From positions 5,270,001-5,334,000 of the forward strand of contig NC_089435.1 of NCBI RefSeq assembly GCF_026210795.1: a stretch of 64,000 nucleotides of DNA, in the 5' to 3' direction. Of this stretch, positions 49,982 through 63,100 are shown piece by piece. The translations under genes were made by a program, and so were the position numbers. Under the pieces are notes generated by a model. That model did not search any database and was not told where the DNA came from. It saw nothing but the letters and a program-made list of their open reading frames with translations. Each line of letters starts with the position of its first letter. The stretch's first letter is position 1. The stretch is from Rhizophagus irregularis (Eukaryota).

Positions 49982-50432
49982 TATAGTTGCCGCCGAAATT
50001 ATTATTACGGTTACGGCACGTGCCGTAATCACCGTAATTAAAAACCGTAAACCGTAATTGCCGTAATGCCGTAATGCCGTAATTTAACTCGGACCGCCGT
50101 AATGCCATTAAAGTGGTAATATGCCGTAAATAAATAAGACTAAACTTAATTTCAGCCGTTCGTAATGCCCGGTCAACTTTTTTATCACGTTATATCACGT
50201 GACGTTACACTAATTTCCAAAAAAGGAAATTTTGTCCCCAATAAATCAAAGAAATGGGTTACGCAAGGTTACACAAGTTTCTAAAAAAGGAGATATTTTT
50301 GCCGATCATTTGGTATTGTTCAAGTCACGTGATCATAATTAATTACGGCATTTTATTACGGTTACGGCATTATTTACGACATATGCCGTAATGCCGAAAT
50401 GCCGTAATTAGGGAATTTCGACGGCACCTATA
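49982..50432. mobile_element. MITE with TATAG termini (P- or hAT-like)
   Basis: TATAGTTGCCGCCGAAATT / AATTTCGACGGCACCTATA with a perfect 8-bp TSD AGTTGATG; GCCGTAAT repeats. Confidence 0.88.
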
Positions 50433-51289
50433 AGTTGATGTTATTAACGGGGAGTTAGTCTTCTAAAATAAGGAGACGGAGTTGAGGTGTATGTTTGGTG
50501 ATTTTTACTCAGGTTTTTCTCATTGCACTTTGAGTTTTCCTGAGGTTTATGTTTTTATTTTATGCTTTTTGTTTTTCTTGGTCACTTTTTTCAGTATAAC
50601 CTTATTTTCTTTAGGATGGGGGGATACTGGAAAATTTGATCGTCATAGTGGCTTGGTGTTACTAATTTTAAAATCGATGATCACTCGAATGATAAGGGGG
50701 TGACAGGTTGGATACCGCAGTTTTTGTAGTATGCCGATCATGGTGGTCACATGTTGGACTATCATTAGATTGACTTATCTAGATAGATTTTAGGCCAAAG
50801 GATTGTTCTCAATGAGGTGGGTGTCTTCTGTTAAGGATTGTTCGAAATAAGATGGGTGTCCATATTAGGATTGCACGACACTAAAAAGTTCCCTGAGGTC
50901 TTTTTGAAATAGGTTTGTTATTCATAGTACATAGTCAAATATGGGAAATTGAATTTTGTGTATTTTTGATAGCGCTAATGGTATTTGGCAATGGGATTCT
51001 TTAATCTTTAAATGTAGTGGGGATCTCGCTGGATACGTATAACATAGTCGATTCTACCAGGTTTGAGATATAATTTGGAGGGTAGCCATAGTTATTTATA
51101 TAGAGAGGATGTTGGATTTATAATCTTAGCATTTCTTTTTATGTATTTCTGGAAGATTATTGTTCTTGTATTAGATTAGTTATGCACTTTGTTGCAGTTT
51201 TTTTTTAAATACCTGGTATTCTCTAAAGTAACTTGTGGCAAAAATTAATAAAATTTAAGCGCAGCTTTGTTAAACCAAAAGTGTGACTT

Positions 51290-51962
51290 AACTCTTTCTT
51301 GTAGATCCTTGGTCAAAAATTTCGCAGAAGAAATTTTTATCTCTTCGTACTAATACAACCTTATATTCTACTACCATAACTAATAAAAGTGCTAATAAAG
51401 CTGGCAGCAACCCGAAAAGGGCCCTGCTAAGCGCAAAGATAATCGAAACAATAACAATAAAGACTCTGGCTCTGATATTTCAAACTCTGATATCGAACAA
51501 ATAAACAATAAAAACAACCCTCCAAACGTACCGTACGCTCTCTAAAAATTCCATGGAAGAAGACTTCGTCGCCGACTCAGCGGCTGATGCTGGAAAAAGC
51601 AATACTACTCCTCCTCAATAAAATAATACTGATAATTTTTCATCTCCTCCTCCCAAAGATACTGCTGCGCCTGCTGCGCCTGGTTCTGTCACATCTGGTA
51701 CTGACGCGTCCATGCATATTCCAAAGGACAAAAAAACTTCCCCCTAGACGCGTCTCCTAATAAGGATATTATAGATACCAATGATACCATTCTTAGGCGT
51801 GATTATCAGACTGCTGCAGCGCCTAATGCTTCTCCTGAATTTGTTAAAAAATATCCTACCAATCAAGGTATGATTGATGCTGTCAACAACCTCCTTTTAG
51901 AAACTTGCCATTCATATACTGGCTGTGCCCGCATCTCTAGTTCAGGTGACTCTAAAAGACTG
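51290..51962 (+). mobile_element. Second copy of the LINE: 5' UTR and start of ORF1, truncated
   Basis: Colinear with 39927-40632; cut where CATCAGAAAA begins at 51963. Confidence 0.9.
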
Positions 51963-52278
51963 CATCAGAAAATTTTTTGGGAAGCAGATCTGCGCAGATT
52001 TTCAGAAATTATATCTACGCAGATCTTATACCCTAGTGCAAAACATTAAAGGAAAAATCCAATAAAAAACTGCGCAGATTTTATAAATAAACAAAGTTCT
52101 GCGCAGATTTTTAAATAAAAAACCTTCGAAATACCTCAGCAATTTTTTTCAGTAAAAATCTGCATCACAATAATACAAATTAATTTATTGCATTAATTAC
52201 TAATTTATTTATATAATCAAAATTACTTTTTTATTATATATTAACAAGTTTACAAATACAATTGAAATCTATTACTAG

Positions 52279-52522
52279 TAAGGTTGCTTGTCTAAACCTC
52301 TTCAAAATCCTACGATTAGTTTCGTCAAAATTTTACTATAGATTTATTATAGTTTCGGCAGAGTTTCGGCAGTTTCGGCATTTATAATAAGTTTCAGCAG
52401 TTTCGCCTTTCTCCAAAGTTTTGCCAGTTTTTTAATATAACTTTAATATAGTTTCAGCAGAATTTCGCTTTTCGTCAAAACACCATCTTGTCTAAACCCC
52501 TAGGTTTCAGCAAGCAACTTTA
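52279..52522. mobile_element. hAT MITE of the TAAGGTTGCTTG family
   Basis: TIRs with a perfect 8-bp TSD ATTACTAG; GTTTCGGCA repeats. Confidence 0.9.
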
Positions 52523-52639
52523 ATTACTAGTCATTGCTATTCATCATCTCTTTACTGTATATTTACATGTTGTTAATGGTTTGGAACATTGTTCCAGTTG
52601 GTTTGATTCTAACAAACAATTAGCAAAATGGAAAAAAAA

Positions 52640-55600
52640 TCTATACAAAAATAAAGGAAAAACGAACATTAGTATAAAGTTCGTAAAATTCGTTAAAAAA
52701 AAGTAAAAGGATTTCAAAGTAATTACCTTAAATATTACTTTGAAATTTTGTTCAGAAACCCGTCTAAAGTCATAGGACCTAAAAAAATTGAACGTTAATT
52801 AACGTTCATCAAATAATTTATTAAAAAAATAAACTTTCAACAGTTTTACCTTCAAAAATGAGTCTGGAGCTATACTTCAGTGTTCTGGACGTACAAAATA
52901 TAAAAATGAACGTTAGATAAATTAAAAAAATATAAAAAAATTAAAGAATTTCAAAGTTTACCTTTGAAATTTACGTCTGAAAAACCATAGACCTATAAAA
53001 CCTATAAAAAAAATACAAATGAAACGTTAATCAATGTTTTACTAAATAAAATTAAAAACTTTCGAAGATTATACTTTCGAAATGATGTCCAGAGTACTTT
53101 CGGTGTTCTGGACTTACAAAAAATAAGAACGACATTCGTTAAATAAAATAAAAAAAATAAAAAAAATTTTAAATTTTGAAGTTTTAACCTTCGAAATTCC
53201 ATTATGTCTGGAAAGCCAATAACCTATAAAAAGAGAAAATTGAAACGTTAGCCAACGTTTCATTAAATAAAAAAAAACTAATAGAATTTTAAAGTTTTAC
53301 TTTTGAAATTCCATCCAGACAAAAACAGGAGAGCTGAAACCTTAAAAAAAAGAGAAAGACAAAACATTAATAACATTTTGCTAAAATAAAACAAAAAACA
53401 GAATTTCAAAGTTTACCTTTGAAATTCTGTCCAAGAGGCATCCAGAAAGCCGAAAATCTACAAAAAAAAGAAAACTGAAACGTTAATAATGTTTCGTTTA
53501 AATAAAATAAAAATAAATATTAGTTTCGTAACAAAAAGTTCATTACAAAACTTACCATGTTAAAATCCAGACGAGCTGAAACCCTAAAAAAAAAGAATAA
53601 AAGAACATTAGAAAAATGTTCTTTAACCTTTATAAAATTAAAAAATATATATATATAATTTCGCAATAAGATGTTGCGAAACTTATCATTTTCATTTTGG
53701 GAATCTTTGGAGTACCAAAACTACAAAAAAGAATAAAGAACGTTAGAAACGTTCTTTTATAAAATAAAAAAATATAAGTTTTGTAATGAAAAATTCATTA
53801 CGAAACTTACCCTCTCTTAATATCCAAGAAAAAAAAATTTGAAAGTTAGTCTTTCGGCTTTCTTTACCTAAAAAAAAAAGAAATACGAACGTTAGTTAAC
53901 ATTCGTCAATAAATTAATTAAAAAAAAATAATTTCAAAGGTTTTACTTTCAAATGAGTCTGGAACATACTTTCGGCGTTCTGAACCTAAAAAAAATAAAA
54001 TAACGAAATGTTAGTAAAATGTTCGTTAAAGAAAATCAAAAATAAAAAACTTCAAAGTGCTATTACCTTCGAAGTTCTTCTAAGTTCTCCAAATGGAAGT
54101 TCAGAACCTAAAAATAATAAAAAATGAACGTTAGTATAATGCTCGTTAAAGAAAAATAAAACAAAAAGAAACTTTGAAGTGTTATACCTTTGAAGTTCTT
54201 TCAAATGGAGCCAGAATCTAAAAAATAAAAGAAAAATGAATGTTAATAGAATATTTGTTAAAGAAAAATAAAAAAAAAGAATTTTGAAGTGTTATTATCT
54301 TTGAAGTTCTTTCAAATGGAGCTGAAACCTAAAAAATAAAAGAATACGAACGTTAGTAGAATGTTCGTTAAAGAAAAAAATCACAAAAAAATATATATAA
54401 AGAATTTGAAGGTTTACCTTCAAATTCTTTCATCCAGTAGCCAGAGAACCAAAACCTTACAAAAAAAATACCTGAAACATTAGTAAACATTTCGTAAATT
54501 AAAAGTAACAAAAAAAAATAAGAATTTTGAAGGTTTACCTTCGAAATCCTTCTAAATGTGAACAGGAACCTAAAAAAATAAATGAAAGCTGAACATTAAT
54601 AAAAAAAATACAAAAAAAACACGTTTCAAAAATATACTTTCCATTCTATCAATCCAAAGCGCAAAGTTAATGCCAACACCTACAAAAGAAAGAAAAAAAA
54701 ATTAAATAAAATTTTTTAAATAAAAAAGTTTCAAAGCCTTCCGCTTCAAAACTTGCCAATCCAAAAACCCAGGAATCGAAAGCTGATACCTACAAAAGAA
54801 AGAATAAAAATTGTTAAAATTTTTTGACGATTTTTTTATAAAAAAAGTTTTGAAACTTAATGCATAAAACCTTCGATCCAAGAACTGATGCTAATACCTA
54901 CAAAAGAAAGAAAGAAAGAAAAATTTAATAAAATTTCTCAAGAAAAAATATTTTAAAAAAAAGTTTCGAAGCAAATGCTTCGAAACTTACCAATCTAAAG
55001 CTTGGGACCGATACTGATACCTATAAAAGAATAAAGAAAATTAAATAAAATTACATTTAAAAAAAGTTTCGAAACTTCACTTTAAAACTTACCGATTAAA
55101 AGTCTAAAGATCTGCCGATACTTACAAAGAAAGAAAAAAAAATTAATATAATTTCTTAAAAAAAAAAAATTAAAAAAAGTAGTTTCAAAACTCTCACTTC
55201 GAAACTTACTTATCAAGAATTAAGAACCGAAGCCGATGCCTACCTACAAAAAGATGAAAAAAAAATTTAGTTGAAGTTTTTTTAATTTTTTAAAGAAAGT
55301 TTCAAAGCGAAAAAAAGCTTCGAAACTTACCAATTCAAACCTGAGGACTGATGTTGACACCTACAAAAATGAACATTTAGTAACGTTTCGTTAAAAGTAA
55401 AGATACAAAAAATATAAAAAAAAATTCGAAGGGTTTTACCTTCGAATTTTAGTCTAGAGCCGTTTTTCGGTATCTGAGATATAAAAATAATAAAAAATGA
55501 ACGTTAGCGATGTTCGTTAAACAAAAATATAATAAAAAAATTTCAAAGGTAAAGATTTTACCTTTGAAATAAGAGTCTGGAGCTGTTCTTCGGCATCCAG

Positions 55601-55990
55601 GACCTAAAAGTTTGATAAAACGAACGTTAGTGACGTTCGTTAAATAAAAAATAAAAAATTATTATTTTTTTTTAAAATAAATTAAAAAAAAAATTATTAT
55701 TATTTTTAAAAAAAAAATAAATTAAGATTCAGAGGTAAGCATACCTCCGAATTCCAACTAAAATCATCGATAGATTCTATCTAGAACTTATATAATATAA
55801 AAAAAAATAATTTTTTTTTTTAAAAAATAAATTAAGATTCGGAGGTAAGCATACCTCTGAATTCCAATATCTTTGATAGGTTCCATCTAGAACTTATATA
55901 ATATAATAAAAAATTATTATTTTTTTTAAAAAAATAAATTAAAATTCAGAAATTAATATACCTTCGAATTTTAGGAATCTATATAATATA
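52640..55990 (-). repeat. Long tandem intron/micro-exon array (roughly 25-28 units, ~120-bp period)
   Basis: Plus strand repeats (C)TTACC-[variable]-CCTA(C/T/A)AAAA-...AACGTTAG...; the reverse complement gives GTAA donors, CTAAC branch sites and T-rich TAG acceptors. Confidence 0.82.
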
Positions 55991-56115
55991 AAAAAAAATA
56001 ATTTTTTTTTTAAAAAATAAATTAAGATTCGGAGATAAGCATACCTCAGTAGTATGAAAATCCCAGTTCTGGCTCAGCACCACCATATAATCTAATTACT
56101 ACCACTTTCATATAA

Positions 56116-57100
56116 CACTGGTCAAAATTAATACTATCGGGTACCTATCGGGTACCTGATATGTGTACAATATATGTGATATATGTGTATGATATTTAAC
56201 AATGCTACACATATCAGGTATCCGATATGTGTAGTAGAAATGTAGAAAAACGGTGACACATCATGTACATATCACATATACATCTTACACATATCGGGTA
56301 GTTAAATATCGGTCACATATCATAGACTTATTGGGTATCCGATATATTATGATATATATCATATAGATATCATACAGATATCATACAGATATCAGACGGA
56401 TAGATATAGGATAATGATTTTGTATTAATACTAGTAGATTTATAATTTAATTCAGGCAAAAAAATTATAAAATGCAATCATAATTTATATATTTTTTTAA
56501 TTTTAATTCAAAACTTTATTACAATTTAAATTTATTTACACTTTTTAATTAAAAAAAAACAATTATACTAATTATACTTGAATACTTGAATAAATATATA
56601 TAATATATAACTTCTACTAAAAGTAGCATAAAAATAAAATCACTTGTTTGCTTATACCTGTTTGATTATTTAAAAGAAGCATTAATGATAAATATATTAG
56701 TAAGAGAAAAGAGAATGTTATTAAAAAATATTAGTATAGATATATAAATATAGAAAATATTAGTAGAAACATTAGCAGAAAGAAAAAGTTAGTAGAATAA
56801 AAAATGTTAGTAGAAAGAGAACGTATATCAGTAGTAATATAATATTAATAGAAAATATTAAATAGTAAAAATGTTAATATAGTAGAAAAAAATAATAAAA
56901 AATATATTAGTAGGAGTTGATCATCCTATCTCAGTAGTTGGTTACTGAGACCCTCATTAAGCCTGAGTATGGTGAGGTCGCAGGTTCGATTCCCATAATC
57001 ATGGAAATAAAAAGAATTTTACTGCGGACGCTACTACTAATAGCGTGAAAAAGTATAATTTAAATTAATTTGAAATACGCGTTATTATAAAAAATTTTCT
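56116..57100. mobile_element. Left part of a CACTGGTCAAA-terminus element
   Basis: CACTGGTCAAAA at 56116 followed by TATCGGGTACC repeats, as at 340-568 and 22690-22782; right boundary uncertain. Confidence 0.5.
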
Positions 57101-58958
57101 TATATTCACTTTGAGAAGAGAAGAGAAAATTTCTTTAAAAACAAATAAACAAACTACAAATTAAAAAATTGTAAATAACACACGCAAAATCAATCATGCA
57201 ATTAAAACACTTATTGTTGATTTTCGTCTTTACTATTGTTTTAGCGAGTAAATAATCACCTTAAAAAAAATTTTCTTTTTTACTAAATGAATTCTTAATA
57301 ATAATTTGATTCATTATATTGACACAGATGCAGCACCATTTGATCCTAACAATAAGATGGCCTCAGATGTAGATTGCATATCAACAGACTTTGAGAATTG
57401 TTACCGTATAACAGGGGCAGTATGATACAGATTTCAGAGGTTTTGACCTTATACCCCCCACCATTGCGTGAGTTTTATTAGTTTTATTATTAGTAGATAT
57501 GTATAAAACTTATATAATAATTGGGTATTTATCATGAGTAATACTTAGGTATTATTAAAGTATTTTAAATAATAAATCGGTAGAAAATGGGAGTTCTTTT
57601 TTGTAGGGTACTGTGCATGGGGGGGGTTACTGTGGCCCGCAAAATACGGTATTTCGTCAAACACTACTGATCTACTGCATTTTGGTAAAGCATTTTAATA
57701 AAGAAGCTCGTTATCTATAATTGAAAATTAATTTGTAAAAACTAATACCTATTACCGATCGTGCTCGTCATGATTGTCTTTTCGGCTGTAAAATATATAA
57801 TGAAATTAAATGAACTAGAAGCATCAAAGCGCCAGATGAAAATGTGTTTACTGAATTGTGACATAAAATATCACATTCGATCAGTATGTGTGTGTGTATT
57901 GAATAGTACGAAAAAATTTTTGTGCCATACTCTTTTTATCGGCAACTGTATATATTTCGAACCTGACGCACGCAATGATAAAACAAAAAATAGATAAATA
58001 AATAAATAAAAGCGATTACACATATACATGCATGTATTATAATAAATAAATAATAAACAAATATAAATATATAATAAAAGCATTCTCATTAATTTGTTTA
58101 TTAGAATTATTAAAAAATCAATGAAATCATTTCTATTATAATCTTTTTTTATTCAATTTGAATTGACCGATTCATGATCAATACGGATACAGAGCCACAA
58201 TATTATGGTAGTAAAATATATAGTATACTAGTATTCATAATTATAAATTCAAATATATATATTATCATTAAAACATTTGATCGATATTTCAAGCAATTTG
58301 CTCATCCCATATCAATTTTAATTGAACATGGCGCAACACAGAAAAACATGGCAAAATACGCTTATACACATCCCTTACTTCTCCCTCATTTTCACATTAT
58401 TAATTTAAAATGACTTTGAAAATTTTAACACGGCGGCGCAATTATGAAAATGAAGTATAATATCAAGAGTGATCCCTGTAGGACTATTTTATTTTTTATC
58501 TTGCTAACTCCAGAATTTATACTACAAATCTTAGATACAAGTGAAAATTGGGTAATGGATGAGGTCAAAAATCTGGTGTATGAGATTATCATAGTTAGCA
58601 ATATTAACAATAAAAAAGAAATTTTTCCAAACTGTAAGAAAACAATGAATTAGTATGGTGCAGAGACTCGCATTAAAATGATCTAGATACGCATATCCCT
58701 TCCCTTGAAAGCATGTCATATACATATTTCACTTAATTGCAAAAAAATCACTGCTAATATGTTATATTACATAAAATTTTTGCTTTGGGTGCGTAATGTA
58801 AAATTAAATTTGCATATATCTTTTTATTACATTAATTATAGAGAAATAAGATAATTAAAACAAACACTATAAATGACTATATAAAATAAATCCGCATTAA
58901 TGTTTATTTATTCTTTTTCTTTTTTTTTCTTTTTTCACCACCTTTTTTTGATGCTTCC

Positions 58959-60173
58959 TTAATTTTCTTGTTGGTTCAAGACTACCTGTTGAATTTGAAA
59001 TAGGTCAATAGTAAAGTTACCAAGAGTAACTGTTGGGGGAACAATGGGGACATATCCAGCAGCAGCAGGAATCGTCGGCGGGTCCCAGAAAACTGCATTT
59101 ACTGGGATAATTATTTGAAATGCGGGGATATTAGGAGCATTACAACCAGAGAGGTGAGCATTGTCTGTTGGATGTCCTAATTGGTGAGTACCGAAATCCC
59201 ACTAAAATATATTGAGGTTATTAAGACGTTTTGATCAAAAATAAAAATTATAAATTAGCATCTTACCGTTAAATATCCAGGTACTCCTTGCTGAAATAAC
59301 ATCGCTGTCATTGATCTGTAGAAACGTCCTTGCAGATCCCGCGTTGTCCTTTTTTCATGAAATTTAATACCAAGTACATATCTTACATAAACTTGATTTA
59401 GCCAATTTTGGCATTTATTTCTCAAGTTACCAATACTTTGTGTATTGGCTACTTCACAAATAATTCGAGCATGTGGATTCCCCTAGACGAAAAATATTAA
59501 TGTTAGAAAATCGTAAATCAAATATCAGGTATTACAAATCTAAAAAAAATACATTTTTATCTCCAGGAGGAGGGCCAGGGTATGGAACAATAGGTTGTTG
59601 GACATGATTCCCATTTGGTTTAACCATAACATCCGAAGCTATGAATTGTCCCATTACAGTAGGATTAAAATGGACTAAAAGAGGGATGTAAAATATTTGA
59701 GAATCAATTATATATAGATTGAGAACCAAATATACTAGAGGAGTTCTCTTACATCCATCACCGGATACACTTATTGGTTTGTTAAGAATGACTCCGCCAT
59801 TTGCAATGTTAAAATAGTCTTGGAGCAACTCGACAACAGCATTATGTTCTGGGTCGCTCATATCGATCACATACACGTCACCATTAGTTCTATGTTCGTA
59901 TTTGTACCCAGAAGATTCTTTACGTTGAAGAAAATTATTGTACTCTTCTGCAGTTATTTTTGAGCCAATCTTACAAGGAAAACTGTCATTCATACAAGTT
60001 AATACTGAACAGATATAAAATAACTTGTGTATGATGCCCACTCACCTGCTTTCACTTAGTGGTTCGTCTTTTATTTCTGGATGTGGTTTAAGTAGTTTCT
60101 TTAAATTTTTTAGAGTCTCCTTCGCTAACCACACACCAGGAATATAATGTAAACGATGATTTCGACTAGACAT
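58959..60173 (-). CDS. Five-exon Uma2 / PD-(D/E)XK restriction-endonuclease-like protein
   Basis: Spliced product MSSRNHRLHY...ITAEEYNNFL..YKYE..GDVYVIDMSDPEH..IASDVMVKP..ARIICEVANTQ..VRYVLGIKF..WDFGT..FTIDLFQIQQVV; GT-AG introns; no stops noticed. Confidence 0.78.
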
Positions 60174-63100
60174 TTTGGATACTTCTAAAGGGTAATATTT
60201 TTTTCGTAATTATAATGATAAATGTGATCCGATTTCGCATCAATTGCAAAATTTATTTCTAAAAATACAATTTTGCTAGTCGTAATTGTGTCCTTAAAAT
60301 GTTATTAACTAACTTATTGGGTTACTCCTTGAAATAATAAACTCCTGATTACTGATAAATGGATAATTGTGATCCGATTTCAGAACAATTAATATCAGTA
60401 TTTATTATTTCGTTAAAAAATTTGTGCTACAAATCAATTTTTTTGATGATGTAATGCCACAAGTACTGTTGTACTGTACAACGCTCGAATTTTTCGTGTA
60501 ACTGAGTTCCGAAGAAATAAACCTTTCACGCCACGCCGAAATTGCTACATATTTGAAAGGTAAGTGTAGCACAAAATGTCTTCAGAGTCCGGCTATTAAT
60601 TTACTTAATTTGCTAGGAAACTAATTTTTCAAAAAAAACCATTTAGATATAAATATCGGCCTGTTTTCCTTTATCTGAATAATTTACCGCAGTTGTGGCG
60701 CAGTTTCAAGGTTTGAATTCTCTGATGTTCTAAGTTGTTCTAAGTTTTGCGAACGTCGGGTATTATATATATGAAAGAGAGTGGTGATATATTTTCTAAA
60801 ACCAAAATATAAGAGCAACCAGTACTTTCGTATTGATATAGAACAAGAGAAATGAGGTGTATTCTTTAGCACTATTTATACGAAATCTGTTGAAAGTGAA
60901 TAAATAATAGTTTCCACTGCGGCACTAGGTGATAAATAATGCTATATTTCTCTTTTATTTGGTCGTAGGAGTTATGTTTACAACAAATGTCCTGGATTTT
61001 TAACTACAGAGAAAGAAGCAACTCGCTCGAAAGAAAAAGAATCAGTTGATAAGTTATTTCTTTTGTATGCAGTGGTACAAAAAGTACGAAATAACAGAAT
61101 TACGTATTTTGTGCTCCTTGTGCTCCAAGTGGAATATTACTTGTGGTGGGACAGATAAAAAATATCATTTACGTAACGTTACTAACGTGATATGTACACT
61201 ATTTCACCTTTTTTATATTTTTTTTCTCGCAGTTGAGCAGTTTTATGATCAAAGTATTTCTTGTTGCTCTCCAAAGCGAACATATATATTAGCGAACATA
61301 TATATTGTATTCGATGAATGTAATATATGACAAGAATATTTACTTTGGAGTAATCCTCGTACTATTATTAGAATCTGAACGTACATGGAATCCATATAGA
61401 TTTGCGAAGTTACTGGAGTATCCCGAGTGGTAAAAATTTCGGAGCTAGACGAGTGCTAGACGGATAGAAAAGTTAACAAATAGGATCAGAGTATTTATTC
61501 ATAGAATAGTTTTCGATGGAGCTCTGAAATTGCAAACATGAAATGATTTCACTATAATTACAGTAAGTATTGTACTAGCTCATTGGCATGGTGTCTAATA
61601 TTAAGTGTCATCTGTATTCTGTTTCAGTGAGTCATATTTTATTCTCTTCGGTTTGTGCGGGTTCTCACTTAATCACTTTTAATAACTTGTATGCAAGCGA
61701 TAACTATGCTTTGTGGCTTAGCTTACACGAAATATAGTATGTATATCAATTACAATTACGTGACTACTTTCTGAACAATTAGTCCTTCATGTGTGTTGAT
61801 GCGAAGGTATGGTGCTTACGACTTGATGTAACAATTATCAGGGTCCGTACAACTTTCGTTTTACGGATATTCTCCTTTTTCTTCCAAACTCGTTTATCTC
61901 ACTCCAACTTGTTTTTATTCGTTCAAGCTAAAACGTTTTATGTTCACGCAACAAGTTTTGAGATGCTTGCGTTAGCGAAAAAGATTAAGAAGATACTACC
62001 CTATGTAATTTTTACGTAAAGAAGAAGAGTTACATCTCGACGAGATGACTTGAAATTAATTCGCAAGCTAAAGTCAAGTTTTCTCAAGATACACGAATGA
62101 TTTTGAACTACATGGAGTGGAGTTGGGGCTTGCAACAGTTCCCGTGGCTTTCGCCAACGAATGCAGAGAAAAAAATCTTCATTGTTCTCATACAAAAATA
62201 AGACTTAAAAGGGTTTTCAAAATATGCGAAAAGATGTGTGAATAACAGACATACCAGAATCTACACCAAGTAAGACTTTTTTGTATATTATCTTGATCGC
62301 AGCATTCTTTTGATACAACATAACTAATACAAGTATTTTGCTTATTTATGAAAAGAAATTCATAACATAGATGATGAGGACGGGGCTTTGTTGCACTGTA
62401 TTATGACTCAGACTAAGCAATATGGGAAGGGTCTTGAGCGATTCGCTGTGAATATATTTCAGTTATCATCCACTCATATATCCGTATGGTCAAAACTTGT
62501 CTGTTATCGGAAAAAGGAATTTCACTAAATCCGTAATTCAAAGTAGCTGATGAAGAAAATATTTGATGCATTGGTTACACAATCAAGCATTTAGGAGTTA
62601 TTTCCAATGCTGCTTTTGGTAAAGAATATGACTTATAATGTGTCTAAAAAAAGCAACCAGCAGACTCAGTCTGTGGAAATGCCACAATGAGAAGGAATAA
62701 AACGAGAAATGATATGTCATAGACGGTAATTATTTTTAACGGATGGATTTTAATATCAACAGCAAAATTACAAATAGTAATTCTGTTATTTCCTGCACCG
62801 AACACATAGTGTTAAGTGGTCCCATCAGATAACGCCCAGTGTCATGGCACTAAGCTCCTGGTAGTATAGAACACACCGCTTCCCCCTTATCTTGGGTTTC
62901 GATAGAGAAGTAAGTAGTTTTTGCACTACAATAATAATATGTATTTATTTAATTCGATTTGCCCTATGAACGTAGGTTCCTAGAACCCCTCCTCTACGCT
63001 TTAGCGCCCTTCAGGTAATTTCAGTCATAGACTGCTCAAAGAGCACTTCCTTCGAAAGGTCCATAAATGGACTGGAATGGGTCGAGGGCCTCCTCGTTCC

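Larger units (their letters stand above)
33392..57649 (-). mobile_element. pogo-like (Tc1/mariner) element expanded by nested insertions
   Basis: ~40-bp inverted repeats CCGTATTTTGYGGGCYACAGTA.CCCCCC at 33392 and 57649, both TA-flanked. The two ends could come from different copies. Confidence 0.7.

Noticed and set aside
49613..51270. Possible decayed coding sequence on the minus strand
   Set aside because: Frequent stops and no recognisable motif.
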